Positions 15,312 through 24,178 are shown, counted from the stretch's first letter. The stretch: 38,718 bases of DNA from Victivallales bacterium (GCA_041662825.1 JBAZRS010000002.1:1-38718), one strand, 5' to 3'. Translations and numbers: made by a program. The notes: generated by a model from the letters alone, not told the origin.

Positions 15312-15644
15312 ATGACACCTGATCAGATCGCATCGGTACAGGCAATAGCTTCCATTATGTCTCAAATAGGTACCTGGCCCATCGGAACCGTGCTTGTAGT
15401 TATCAGCTTCGGCCCCTGGGTAGTCATGGGTTTCGTATCCCGGTCGATAGAAAAACGTCATGCCGCAGTAATAGAAATGTACAAGAATAATGTCAAACTT
15501 GTTGAGTGCTACCAAAAAATAGCATCGGAGCAGGCCGACACAATACGCCTGGCCACGGCGGCAACAACCGAATTGACCACATATCTAAAAAACAGGATGT
15601 CGTGTCGCGAAATACTGGCAGCCCAATTAAGGAGTCTTGAATGA
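15312..15644 (+). CDS. hypothetical membrane protein
   Basis: Hydrophobic stretch WPIGTVLVVISFGPWVVMGFV, followed by a helical tail. Confidence 0.55.
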   Translation: MTPDQIASVQAIASIMSQIGTWPIGTVLVVISFGPWVVMGFVSRSIEKRHAAVIEMYKNNVKLVECYQKIASEQADTIRLATAATTELTTYLKNRMSCREILAAQLRSLE

Positions 15645-15886
15645 GCCTTCAAAACGAAATGCGGCGTACGCAAAAAATAAACCTGGAATTCAAGGCTAAG
15701 CGCCTGCGCGGAGAGATTGAAAACTTGGCGCGGATCATATGCGTCAATCTGGATTGCAGTTTGCATCGTCCGGAGGATCTGCCAGTTTCCGAGGTGGATA
15801 GCCAGTGGGACGAATTAAAAGACAAATGGGCGGCGCTTAGTATCTGCCTTACTGAAATCAAGAAGCTGGAAGAGGAACTGAAATGA
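15641..15886 (+). CDS. hypothetical coiled-coil protein
   Basis: ATGA overlap with the upstream gene; 81 aa. Confidence 0.5.
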   Translation: MSLQNEMRRTQKINLEFKAKRLRGEIENLARIICVNLDCSLHRPEDLPVSEVDSQWDELKDKWAALSICLTEIKKLEEELK

Positions 15887-15895
15887 ACAATTTTA

Positions 15896-15983
15896 AAGGT
15901 ACACTTCCCGCGTCGCTTCGCTCCTGGGATAGTTCGACTAACCAATCGGACGGCGCTGCGCTTGTCCTCTTGGAGTCTCACTA
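15896..15983 (+). repeat. bipartite hairpin element, forward copy F3
   Basis: Layout: aaggta, tccc-gcgtcgcttcgctcc-tggga, tagttcg, H2 ccaa-tc-ggac (ggcgctgcgctt) gtcc-tc-ttgg, then ctcacta. The final A is the A of the ATG at 15983. Confidence 0.8.
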
Positions 15984-16438
15984 TGGCTGAAAAGGGAGCG
16001 TACGCACAACTGGAACCGGTTGCCCGGCAGATGTTCATCGACGGAAAATCGCTGACCGCCATAGAGGCCGAGCTTAGCGTGTCCCGCCAGACGCTCACGG
16101 CATGGAAAGCGAAGACCAAAAAACCGAACGAAGACCTTGATGAATGGGACAAAGCCAGAACGCGCAAGGCAACATTCGGTCTGCGGATGGAAGCCCTCCT
16201 GGAGCGCGAACTTACCCATGCCGAAGATCGTCTACCCGGCGCGATTGACAGCGCCACGATGGATAGCCTGACCAAACTGGGTTCCCTGGTTGTTAAATTC
16301 AAGACAGCGGAAAGCGCGGGTCTATTTAGAGATAAAGTGAATGCAACTGCGGCGGAAGTCGCCAAAGTCGTCAAGAAAAGTGGAATGACCACTGAACAGG
16401 CGAAGGAAATACAAGATAAAATTTTAGGCATCGTATAA
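15983..16438 (+). CDS. terminase small subunit, Mu gp27-like (DUF1804-type)
   Basis: HTH-like SLTAIEAELSVSRQTLTAWKAK followed by DEWDKAR. TAATG-coupled to the large terminase. Confidence 0.7.
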   Translation: MAEKGAYAQLEPVARQMFIDGKSLTAIEAELSVSRQTLTAWKAKTKKPNEDLDEWDKARTRKATFGLRMEALLERELTHAEDRLPGAIDSATMDSLTKLGSLVVKFKTAESAGLFRDKVNATAAEVAKVVKKSGMTTEQAKEIQDKILGIV

Positions 16439-18000
16439 TGACGGAAGCTAATCAAACAGATTTTGAAAAGGCGCGCAAGTCAACAGGCATCCTTTTGGGT
16501 TATCAGCAGCGCTGGGTAGCCGATCAGTCTGACGTTAAAGTCGGGGAAAAATCCCGGCGTGTTGGATTCTCCTGGGCGGAGGCGGCGGACGATACCCTCT
16601 ATGCTTCGCAGAAAGGCGATGGCGAAAAGCGTAACGTCTGGTACATCGGCTACACCAAAGACATGGCGCTGGAATTTATCAACGACTGCGCCAATTGGGC
16701 ACGCGCCTACAAGATGGCTGTCTCTTCCATTGATGAATATGAAGAACCGGACGAAGATGAAAACGGAATCGTCAAAGAACAAAAGATTCTGGCTTATAAA
16801 ATAACCTTTGAATCAGGCTGGCGCATTACCGCATTATCCAGCAGGCCGACAAATCTGCGCGGCAAGCAGGGGCGCGTGGTGATAGACGAAGCCGCATTCC
16901 ATGACGATCTGCCGGGCCTCCTGAAAGCGGCAATGGCCCTTTTGATGTGGGGCGGGCAGGTTCGGATCATCTCAACGCACTTCGGCGACAACAACGAATT
17001 CAACTCGCTCGTGCAGGACATCCGCGCGGGAAAGAAACCATACAGCCTGCATCGCGTGACATTCGATGACGCTTTAAACGATGGCCTTTACAAACGCATC
17101 TGCCAGGTATTGAAACGCGAATGGTCTCCCGAAGCGGAGGCCACGTGGCGTCAGAGCATCATTGATTCCTACGGAGAAGACGCCGATGAAGAACTCTTTT
17201 GCATTCCTAGCCAGGGCACCGGCGTTTTCCTTACCCGCGCCGTGATCGAGAAATGCCTCAGCGCCGATATCCCGGTGATCCGCTACGAGCAGCTGTCGTC
17301 TTTTGCCGAGGAACCCGATCATACCCGGCATGCCGAAGTTAATGACTGGTGCGAAGAAACACTCAAACCATGTTTTATCGATTTAAACATAAATCAGAAT
17401 TCTGTTATCGGCGAGGACTTTGCCCGCACCGGCGATTTAACCGTCCTTACGCCGCTATTAGAACAGCAGAGCGCCAACTGGCGCGCGCTCTTTCATTTGG
17501 AACTGCGTAATATTCCGTTCCAACAGCAGGAACAAATCTTTTATTATATTTGTGATCGCCTCCCGCGTTTCCGTTATGGCGCATTGGATGCCAGAGGCAA
17601 TGGGCAGTATCTCGCGGAACGTGCCATGCAAAAATACGGCGCGGATCGGATCGCGCAGGTAATGCTTACCGAGTCGTGGTACCGCGAGAACATGCCCGCC
17701 TACAAAGCCGCGTTTGAGGATCAGACAATTACCCTGGCCAGGGACGCCGATGTCATCGAAGACCATCGCGCTTTCAAAGTGATTAAGGGCATAGCCAAAC
17801 TTCCGGAGATCAGACAGAAGGGCAAGGATAATAAAAAGCGCCACGGCGATTCCGGTATTGCCGGTGCAATGGCCTGGTTTGCCACAAGGCAGGAATGGGG
17901 CGGCGGGCCGGTTGAGTATCAAACCGTTTCCAGACGCTGTTTCGCCGGGCCTAAAGATACGAATAATCCAGGCAGTTATATGCAGCGAGGAGCTTATTAA
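16438..18000 (+). CDS. terminase large subunit, Mu gp28-like
   Basis: 520 aa. VVIDEAAFH is Walker-B-like. The N-terminus LLGYQQRWVAD and the overall layout are typical of Mu-like gp28. Confidence 0.85.
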   Translation: MTEANQTDFEKARKSTGILLGYQQRWVADQSDVKVGEKSRRVGFSWAEAADDTLYASQKGDGEKRNVWYIGYTKDMALEFINDCANWARAYKMAVSSIDEYEEPDEDENGIVKEQKILAYKITFESGWRITALSSRPTNLRGKQGRVVIDEAAFHDDLPGLLKAAMALLMWGGQVRIISTHFGDNNEFNSLVQDIRAGKKPYSLHRVTFDDALNDGLYKRICQVLKREWSPEAEATWRQSIIDSYGEDADEELFCIPSQGTGVFLTRAVIEKCLSADIPVIRYEQLSSFAEEPDHTRHAEVNDWCEETLKPCFIDLNINQNSVIGEDFARTGDLTVLTPLLEQQSANWRALFHLELRNIPFQQQEQIFYYICDRLPRFRYGALDARGNGQYLAERAMQKYGADRIAQVMLTESWYRENMPAYKAAFEDQTITLARDADVIEDHRAFKVIKGIAKLPEIRQKGKDNKKRHGDSGIAGAMAWFATRQEWGGGPVEYQTVSRRCFAGPKDTNNPGSYMQRGAY

Positions 18001-18078
18001 TAATGAGCCTGAATTTTTTGAAACGCAGTGCACAAAAAATACTAGAGCGCATTACCCCTGAGCGAAGCGAACGGGGTG
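18001..18078 (-). repeat. bipartite hairpin element, reverse copy R3 (divergent H2)
   Basis: taatgagcctga-attttttg-(12 nt)-caaaaaat...ttacccc-tgagcgaagcgaac-ggggtga, starting directly after the terminase TAA. Confidence 0.65.
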
Positions 18079-18228
18079 ATGACGAAAAGTGGAGAATATT
18101 TTGAAAAACAGAACCGCGTCATTTATGCCCCACAATCGATTTGACGGTTCAGGTGGCTGCAAAGGGGCGGGAGTTTCATTGACACTGTTTATAAACATAA
18201 CGTCGCGCGCGACAGGGGCGAAATAATC

Positions 18229-20403
18229 ATGCTGTTAGACCAATTTGGCAGAGAAGTTGAAATAAAGAAGCAACCGGAGACTCGCGAGATCGCCGTTACG
18301 ACGGTTCGTGACAGGTGGTCGGATTACCCTTCGTCGGGTCTGACTCCTCAACGACTGGCGGCAATTTTCAAAGAAGCCGATATGGGCGACGTTCGCCGTC
18401 AGGCAGAGCTTTTCGAAGAGATGGAAGAAAAAGACACGCATCTCTTTTCCGAATTGCAGACGCGCAAAAACGCCATACATGGCCTTGATTATGAAGTCAC
18501 TCCCTGGGACGAATCCGCTGAAAACAAAAAAATCAGTGAGTTTGTCTCCGATTGCCTGAACTCTCTGGAAAATTTTGATGACGCGATTCTCGACTTGCTC
18601 GACGCCATCGGCAAAGGATATTCCCTGGAAGAGATCAGCTGGGATATCAGCTCAGGTAAAGCGATTATCTCCGGCCTGTCCTGGCTTCATGCTAAAAAGG
18701 CTGTGTTCTATGAACGCGGCGCAGCAAATATGTGGGCAAAGAGCACCGAATGCCCCCGGATCCTGACCGAAGCCGAGCCGTTCAACGGTGAAATCATGCC
18801 GCCCTTCAAGCTGGTTTATCACCGGTACAAAGCGCGCTCCGGATACGATACCCGCGCGGGTGTGCTCCGCGTGTGCGGCTGGATGTACCTCTTTAAAAAT
18901 TACGGCATCAAAGACTGGGTCGCTTTCGCCGAGGTATTCGGCATGCCGCTGCGGCTGGGCAAGTATGATACCAGCGCGAGCAAAGCCGACCGCGACGCCC
19001 TTATTGCCGCGATTCAATCGCTGGGGTCTGACGCTGCCGGAATCGTTTCCAAGAACACCGAGATCGAATTTATCGAGACCACCAAAAACTCAGGGACTAA
19101 TAATATTTATGAGACATTGGCTAATTTCTGCGACAAACAGATGTCAAAGGCTATTTTGGGGCAGACGGCCACCACGGAAGGCACGCCCGGAAAACTGGGC
19201 AACGAAGATGCTCAGGACAGAGTCAGATACGATTTGATTAAAGCCGACGCGGAATCGCTGTCCAAGACAATCCGTTATCAGATTATACGTCCATTGGTCG
19301 GTTATAACTTTGGATGGGATAAGCCCCTGCCCTGGTTTAAACTATTGTATGAAAGGGCGGAAGATCTGGCACAATTAATCACCGTCTACAAAGGCGCTTC
19401 CGATATCGGTCAGCCGATATCCGCCGAGCATATTTCCGAACGCTTCAAGATACCGATGCCGAAAAAAGGAGAGACGCTTCTTGCGCCACGGTCAACAAAC
19501 TTATTTAATCCGCTGCCCGCAAAAGACGCGCTACCCGAACGGCCTGAAACCAGAATCATTGTTGCCTCCGATACAATCAGGCCGCAACTGGACGCCGATG
19601 ATTGGAGGGCGGTTTACCTGAAAAGGCTCTCGCCTTCTCTGCAAAATTCCCGGCTGGGCGCTCTCGATGAAATAGAAGCCTATCTAAGCAAACAAAATAG
19701 GCCGCCCACAGCGACAGAATTCACCGCCGCTGTGCAGGAAATACTCGGCGTTTCGTTAGGGTCTGTAGCCGCAGAGACGGTTCCGGCGACCATCGCCGAA
19801 ATATACGCAACATTTCGCGGGCCGATTGCAGCAGTTGGTTTTGGCGGGCCGGATGTCCGTTCCATGAACTTTCTTTCCAGCCTGGATAACTTCTATGTTT
19901 CCAAATGGATTCAAAACCCTGATGCCGTATCAGCCGTAAAAGACTTTTTAAGCGAACGTTATCTCCAGGATGGAGCAGGATTATTCGGGCGTCAGAATCC
20001 TGAGAACATTCAAGCCTTCAGAGATCTGTTTGGGCAGAAGCTTGCGGATCTGGAAGACTGGCAGGTGGGCCGGATCGTCGATACGAGCGTCACACGTATT
20101 CAAAACTGGGCGGCAGTCGAACAGTATCACAGCGCCGGGATAACCGAAATAGAAATCTACGAACCTACCCAGGAGTGCGAATTCTGCCGCGACATGAACG
20201 GCAGGGTCATCAGCGTAGCAACTGCTTATCAAACCATGCAATATCAGGCGGGACTGACGCCGGAAAAATATTCAGCAGCGATGGCTTCCATTGCGCCGAC
20301 AATAGAGAACGCCGACTCTTTAGTGACTAAAGGCGCGCTGCCTCCCTATCACCCGCATTGCCGGGGAATAGTGATCAAGAAAATTATCGGAGGTGCCGGT
20401 TGA
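18229..20403 (+). CDS. portal protein (Mu gp29 / DUF935-like) fused to a Mu F / SPP1 gp7-like head-morphogenesis domain
   Basis: 724 aa. The N-terminal ~440 aa look portal-like (SGLTPQRLAAIFKEADMGD...). The C-terminal ~170 aa carry ECEFCRDMNGRVISV and PPYHPHCRG, the Mu F-family signature. Confidence 0.8.
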   Translation: MLLDQFGREVEIKKQPETREIAVTTVRDRWSDYPSSGLTPQRLAAIFKEADMGDVRRQAELFEEMEEKDTHLFSELQTRKNAIHGLDYEVTPWDESAENKKISEFVSDCLNSLENFDDAILDLLDAIGKGYSLEEISWDISSGKAIISGLSWLHAKKAVFYERGAANMWAKSTECPRILTEAEPFNGEIMPPFKLVYHRYKARSGYDTRAGVLRVCGWMYLFKNYGIKDWVAFAEVFGMPLRLGKYDTSASKADRDALIAAIQSLGSDAAGIVSKNTEIEFIETTKNSGTNNIYETLANFCDKQMSKAILGQTATTEGTPGKLGNEDAQDRVRYDLIKADAESLSKTIRYQIIRPLVGYNFGWDKPLPWFKLLYERAEDLAQLITVYKGASDIGQPISAEHISERFKIPMPKKGETLLAPRSTNLFNPLPAKDALPERPETRIIVASDTIRPQLDADDWRAVYLKRLSPSLQNSRLGALDEIEAYLSKQNRPPTATEFTAAVQEILGVSLGSVAAETVPATIAEIYATFRGPIAAVGFGGPDVRSMNFLSSLDNFYVSKWIQNPDAVSAVKDFLSERYLQDGAGLFGRQNPENIQAFRDLFGQKLADLEDWQVGRIVDTSVTRIQNWAAVEQYHSAGITEIEIYEPTQECEFCRDMNGRVISVATAYQTMQYQAGLTPEKYSAAMASIAPTIENADSLVTKGALPPYHPHCRGIVIKKIIGGAG

Positions 20404-20843
20404 ATATACTCACAACAATAATACCGGACATCAAGAAACTGACGCAAGGCCTCGAAGGCGATTACAACGGCGCGCGCAGGGCGGGCATGATCAACCTTGT
20501 TGCCACGGTTGAAGCTTTGGCGGTCAAGAAGGCCCCGGTAAAAACATCCAACCTTGCCCGATCCCGGACAACCAGCGTTTCGGAGGACGGCAACAAAGGA
20601 TCACTTAGTTTCACCGCACCGTATGCAATGTTTGTCCATGAAGGCACCGGGCTTTTTGGAATATATCACCGGCGCATAGTGCCGAAAAACAAGAAAGCAA
20701 TGTTTTGGCTGGGAGCGAGACATCCAGTCAAGTCAACGGCGGGTATGAAGGGACGTCCCTGGGTTACCAGGGCTGTCGATGAAGTCAACGCCGCAGCCGC
20801 ATTTCAGGAAGGGATGCGGAATTATCTAAGCAGAAGGGGTTAA
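20400..20843 (+). CDS. virion morphogenesis protein (Mu G / HK97 gp10-like)
   Basis: TTG start with a TTGA overlap to the portal stop and GGAGG 6 nt upstream. APVKTSNLARS...YAMFVHEGTG resembles the gp10/G-type motif. Confidence 0.5.
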   Translation: MNILTTIIPDIKKLTQGLEGDYNGARRAGMINLVATVEALAVKKAPVKTSNLARSRTTSVSEDGNKGSLSFTAPYAMFVHEGTGLFGIYHRRIVPKNKKAMFWLGARHPVKSTAGMKGRPWVTRAVDEVNAAAAFQEGMRNYLSRRG

Positions 20844-20847
20844 AGAA

Positions 20848-21867
20848 ATGAAAAACATTTTATTCGCGGTTTTAAAAGAAATGACCGGCGCACCCGCAGA
20901 GTTTCAGGTCTTGCCGGAAGGAAAAATAGAACTCAATGGCGAAAAGCCGGTGCATCTTGATGAACAGGGAGCGCAGGAAATTATCGCGGCATTCAAAGCA
21001 CGCGGAAACGACATGGTCATAGACTACGAACACCAGACCTTGTCGGACGTTCAGGCTCCCGCAGCGGGTTGGATTAAAGATCTGGTGTGGAAAGGGAAAG
21101 AAGGTCTTTGGGCTCTAGTTGAATGGACGCAAAAAGCCAAAGACTATCTGGATAATCGGGAATACCGGTATTTTTCACCGGTAATGGCGCTTAGGGCAAG
21201 CGATCGCAAAGTTATCAAGATTCTCAATCTGGCGCTTACCAATTCACCGATGACGAATAATTTAAGGCCGATTGTGGCAAAACTGCAAATTGACGCACAA
21301 ACAAAAGATAAGGAGGGAAACATGTTAGAGAAATTGAAAAAAATGTTAGGTCTCGCGGCTGACACCGTCGAGGAAAAAGTAATTGAAGCCATAGAGATTT
21401 CAATTAACAAACTCAAAGCGCTGGAGACAGCCGCGCCGGTCATCGCCTGCAAAGAAGTATTGGACGCCCTGGGCGCTAAAGCGGAAGCGGGCAAAGAAGA
21501 AGTTATTCAGATTGTGGCATCGCTGAAGGCACCGGGCGACGTGGCCCAAAAACTCAGTTTACAAGTGGCTGACCTCACCAAAGAGTTGGCTGGAATTAAA
21601 CAAAACGATCTCATCACCCTCGCCCTGAAGGAAGGCAAGACATCTCCGGATGAGTTGGATAAATGGGGCCGCGATCTGGCGCTGAAAAATCCTGAATCGT
21701 TTAAGACGATTGTCCTGTCACGGCCAGCAGGAAGCGTTATTCCCGTGGCAGATATCATCGACGCCAAAGACAAAGACGGTATAGTTACCGACGAAGTTCA
21801 GGCAAAGGTCAACAAGCAGATGGGCGTCAGCGAGGAAGTTTTCAAGAAGTACAATAAGACAAGCTAG
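20848..21867 (+). CDS. prohead protease/scaffold, Mu gpI-like
   Basis: FQVLPEGKIELNGEKPVHLDE...VIDYEHQTL...AAGWIKDLVWK...YRYFSPV is typical of the Mu-like gpI family. The C-terminal half is Ala/Lys/Glu-rich and scaffold-like. Confidence 0.85.
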   Translation: MKNILFAVLKEMTGAPAEFQVLPEGKIELNGEKPVHLDEQGAQEIIAAFKARGNDMVIDYEHQTLSDVQAPAAGWIKDLVWKGKEGLWALVEWTQKAKDYLDNREYRYFSPVMALRASDRKVIKILNLALTNSPMTNNLRPIVAKLQIDAQTKDKEGNMLEKLKKMLGLAADTVEEKVIEAIEISINKLKALETAAPVIACKEVLDALGAKAEAGKEEVIQIVASLKAPGDVAQKLSLQVADLTKELAGIKQNDLITLALKEGKTSPDELDKWGRDLALKNPESFKTIVLSRPAGSVIPVADIIDAKDKDGIVTDEVQAKVNKQMGVSEEVFKKYNKTS

Positions 21868-21930
21868 TGAGCCTGTGGATCCCGAATGGGATCCCAAAGC
21901 GAACTATCCCTGAGCGAAGCGAACGGGATA
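21865..21930 (-). repeat. bipartite hairpin element, reverse copy R4
   Basis: tagtgagcctgt-ggatccc-gaat-gggatcc-caaagcgaac-tatccc-tgagcgaagcgaac-gggata. Its first three bases are the gpI stop codon. Confidence 0.85.
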
Positions 21931-21958
21931 ACAAATAACAAAAAAAGGGAGGTTACAA

Positions 21959-23149
21959 ATGCACACACATATAATCGGTTTAATTATTATGGCGATATTT
22001 CTCATCGGGGTGATCGCGGTATTGCAAAACCCCAAATTACGGTATGCCGCAAAATGGAAACTGCTATCACAGCGCGGCGCGTTAACGGCGGATAAGAAGA
22101 TTGAATACACAGAGGGCGTAGAGGCGCCTTTCGATGTCATCAATGCGGATATCATTTACGGCGGCTCGCATGTGTGCGTCAATGCAGCGGGTTATGCATT
22201 GCCTGGTTCCGATACCGCAGGATTGATTTATGTTGGTGAAGCGATGGAGAGAGTGGATAATTCTCTCGGCGCGGCAGGAGATAAAAAAGTTATCGTTAGA
22301 CGCAGAGGACTTATTCGAATGGAATTTGCGACCGCGATTTCCATTGCGAATGTCGGCGACAACGTCTTTATCTACGACGATGAAAAAGTAGATGTGACGG
22401 CTAATGTAACCAACGATATTTTTTGCGGGATCATCGCCAGCTATATCGATACAACCCATGCCTGGGTGGATATAGAACCGGCTATCACGCAGGCGGAGGT
22501 CGCAACGCACATTGCCGATACATCAGCCGCGCACAGCGCTTCGGCCATATCCATAGCCGATGCCGGACTCTTCACTTCTCAAACCGAAGTGGAAGCCGCC
22601 TTGCAGGAAATTTATCAGGATCTGGAATCCTCCCAGGGGATCATTCCCATCCCGACGCCGTATTTCAGCGCCGCGGGCGTTGCCCTGGCCGCCTTTGCCG
22701 ATGGCGCTTCGGATGTGCCCGGTTTCTGCGTTACCTCGAAGGGCATGGGAGTGCGGTGGAATAATCACGCCGCGCCATTGCCCGTTGCCACCAAATTATT
22801 GGTTCCGCCCGATGCGGACATTACCGCCAATATGACCCTCCATGTCATCGCGGCAAAAATCGGGGCGACGGCGGAAGATCTCCCGAAGTTCACCGTTACA
22901 GCATACAACAATGTTGTCGGCGCGCTCTATGATGCCGATGCGGATTTCGGCGGTGACACCGACGCCATGACCAACGCCGCCACAAAGACCATCCAGCATG
23001 TGACGCTGACTCTCGCGCTGGCCAACCTTGCTGCTTATCCGGCGTTAATGGAATTAACCATGAAACCGAAAGGCGGAACGCTCGGCACGGATGATCTGAT
23101 TATGTTTGGCGCGTTCATCGCGTACAAGAAGAAACTTTTAACAGCGTAA
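21959..23149 (+). CDS. putative head decoration/cement protein (DUF2190-like core) with a hydrophobic N-terminal segment and an Ala-rich C-terminal extension
   Basis: GGGAGG lies 7 nt upstream of the ATG. The gene sits between gpI and gpT. The core GLIYVGEAMERVDN...VIVRRRGLIRMEF...VGDNVFIYDDEKV resembles small decoration proteins. Confidence 0.5.
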   Translation: MHTHIIGLIIMAIFLIGVIAVLQNPKLRYAAKWKLLSQRGALTADKKIEYTEGVEAPFDVINADIIYGGSHVCVNAAGYALPGSDTAGLIYVGEAMERVDNSLGAAGDKKVIVRRRGLIRMEFATAISIANVGDNVFIYDDEKVDVTANVTNDIFCGIIASYIDTTHAWVDIEPAITQAEVATHIADTSAAHSASAISIADAGLFTSQTEVEAALQEIYQDLESSQGIIPIPTPYFSAAGVALAAFADGASDVPGFCVTSKGMGVRWNNHAAPLPVATKLLVPPDADITANMTLHVIAAKIGATAEDLPKFTVTAYNNVVGALYDADADFGGDTDAMTNAATKTIQHVTLTLALANLAAYPALMELTMKPKGGTLGTDDLIMFGAFIAYKKKLLTA

Positions 23150-23152
23150 TGA

Positions 23153-23240
23153 GAGTAACTCCCGCCCCGATTCTATCGGGGCGGGATAATTCGACCATCA
23201 AGTTTCAGCGCGCTTCGCTTCTAAAACTTGGGTCTCATTA
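23153..23240 (+). repeat. bipartite hairpin element, forward copy F4
   Basis: Layout: a 12-bp H1 tcccgccccgat-tct-atcggggcggga, then taattcg, then H2 caagttt...gcgcttcgcttct...aaacttg, then ctcatta. Confidence 0.8.
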
Positions 23241-23266
23241 AAAAACGACAAGGAGGATTAAATCCA

Positions 23267-24178
23267 ATGTTAGTGAATAAAGCGACCATATTAGCGGTTT
23301 TTACATCGTTAAAAACCACGTTCAACAATGCGTTCGATGCCGCGCCCAGCCAGTGGCAGGAAACCGCCATGCTGGTGCCGAGCGGTGCGGGCCAGAATGA
23401 TTATACCTGGCTGAGTCTCTTCCCTAAGATGAAAAAGTGGATCGGCGACAAAGCCGTCAAGGTGTTTGAAGCCTTCAAATACACCGTCATCAACGACGAC
23501 TGGGAAGCTACGGTCGAAGTCGATCGTAACGATGTCGAAGACGACAGTCTCGGTATCTATAAACCTCAGGCAGAGATGGCGGGGTACAGCGCCAAGCAGC
23601 TTCCGGATGAGATCGTCGCGGATCTGAAAAACAACGCCTTCGCCAACAAATGCTATGACGGCCAGTATTATTATGACTCCGACCATCCAGTTGGCGAAGC
23701 CAAAACTTCAAACTCCAACCTGGGCACAGCGGCTCTTTCAGCAGCGACTGTGGCGCTGGCAAAGGCATCCTACGGCGCGGCCCGCACGGCGATCATGTCT
23801 TTTAAAGATGACGAAGGCCGTCCGCTGGCATTAGTTCCCAACGTCCTGGAAGTTCCACCCGCCCTGGAAGAGGTCGGACGGATGCTCTGTACTTATGACA
23901 AGCTCGAAGACGATAAGCCCAATCCTTACAAGGGCACGGCCAAGCTGATTGTCAATCCCCGGTTAACCAGTACGACAGCATGGTTCCTGCACTGCACACA
24001 GATGCCGGTCAAACCGTTCATCTATCAGGAACGGAAAGCGCCGGTGTTTGTCGAGCAGACAGATCCTCAGGGCGACGATGTATTCAATCGCAAAAAGTTC
24101 AAGTTCGGCGCGGAAGCGCGTGCGGCAGGCGGCTACGGCTTCTGGCAGATGAGCTATGGCTCAACCGGATTGGGATAA
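23267..24178 (+). CDS. major capsid protein, Mu gpT-like
   Basis: AAGGAGG SD. MLVNKATILAVFTSLKTTFNNAF...WQETAMLVPS...YTWLS...MKKWIGDK matches the Mu-like gpT pattern. Located after gpI. Confidence 0.85.
   Translation: MLVNKATILAVFTSLKTTFNNAFDAAPSQWQETAMLVPSGAGQNDYTWLSLFPKMKKWIGDKAVKVFEAFKYTVINDDWEATVEVDRNDVEDDSLGIYKPQAEMAGYSAKQLPDEIVADLKNNAFANKCYDGQYYYDSDHPVGEAKTSNSNLGTAALSAATVALAKASYGAARTAIMSFKDDEGRPLALVPNVLEVPPALEEVGRMLCTYDKLEDDKPNPYKGTAKLIVNPRLTSTTAWFLHCTQMPVKPFIYQERKAPVFVEQTDPQGDDVFNRKKFKFGAEARAAGGYGFWQMSYGSTGLG

Noticed and set aside
15649-16455. A 268-aa minus-strand ORF.
   Set aside because: It lies antisense to four well-supported, translationally coupled plus-strand genes, including the gp27-like terminase. 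Its Ser/Arg/Ala-rich shadow composition and lack of an SD also count against it.
20400-20860. An anti-CRISPR locus at the G / protease junction, as known in Pseudomonas Mu-like phages.
   Set aside because: The G-like gene ends at 20843 and the gpI-like gene starts at 20848, so there is no room for inserted genes.
21886-22155. ORFs 21886..22095 (+) and 21904..22155 (-), containing the SLSEANG peptide.
   Set aside because: They are translations of the TGAGCGAAGCGAA hairpin of repeat R4 and overlap the well-supported 21959 gene.
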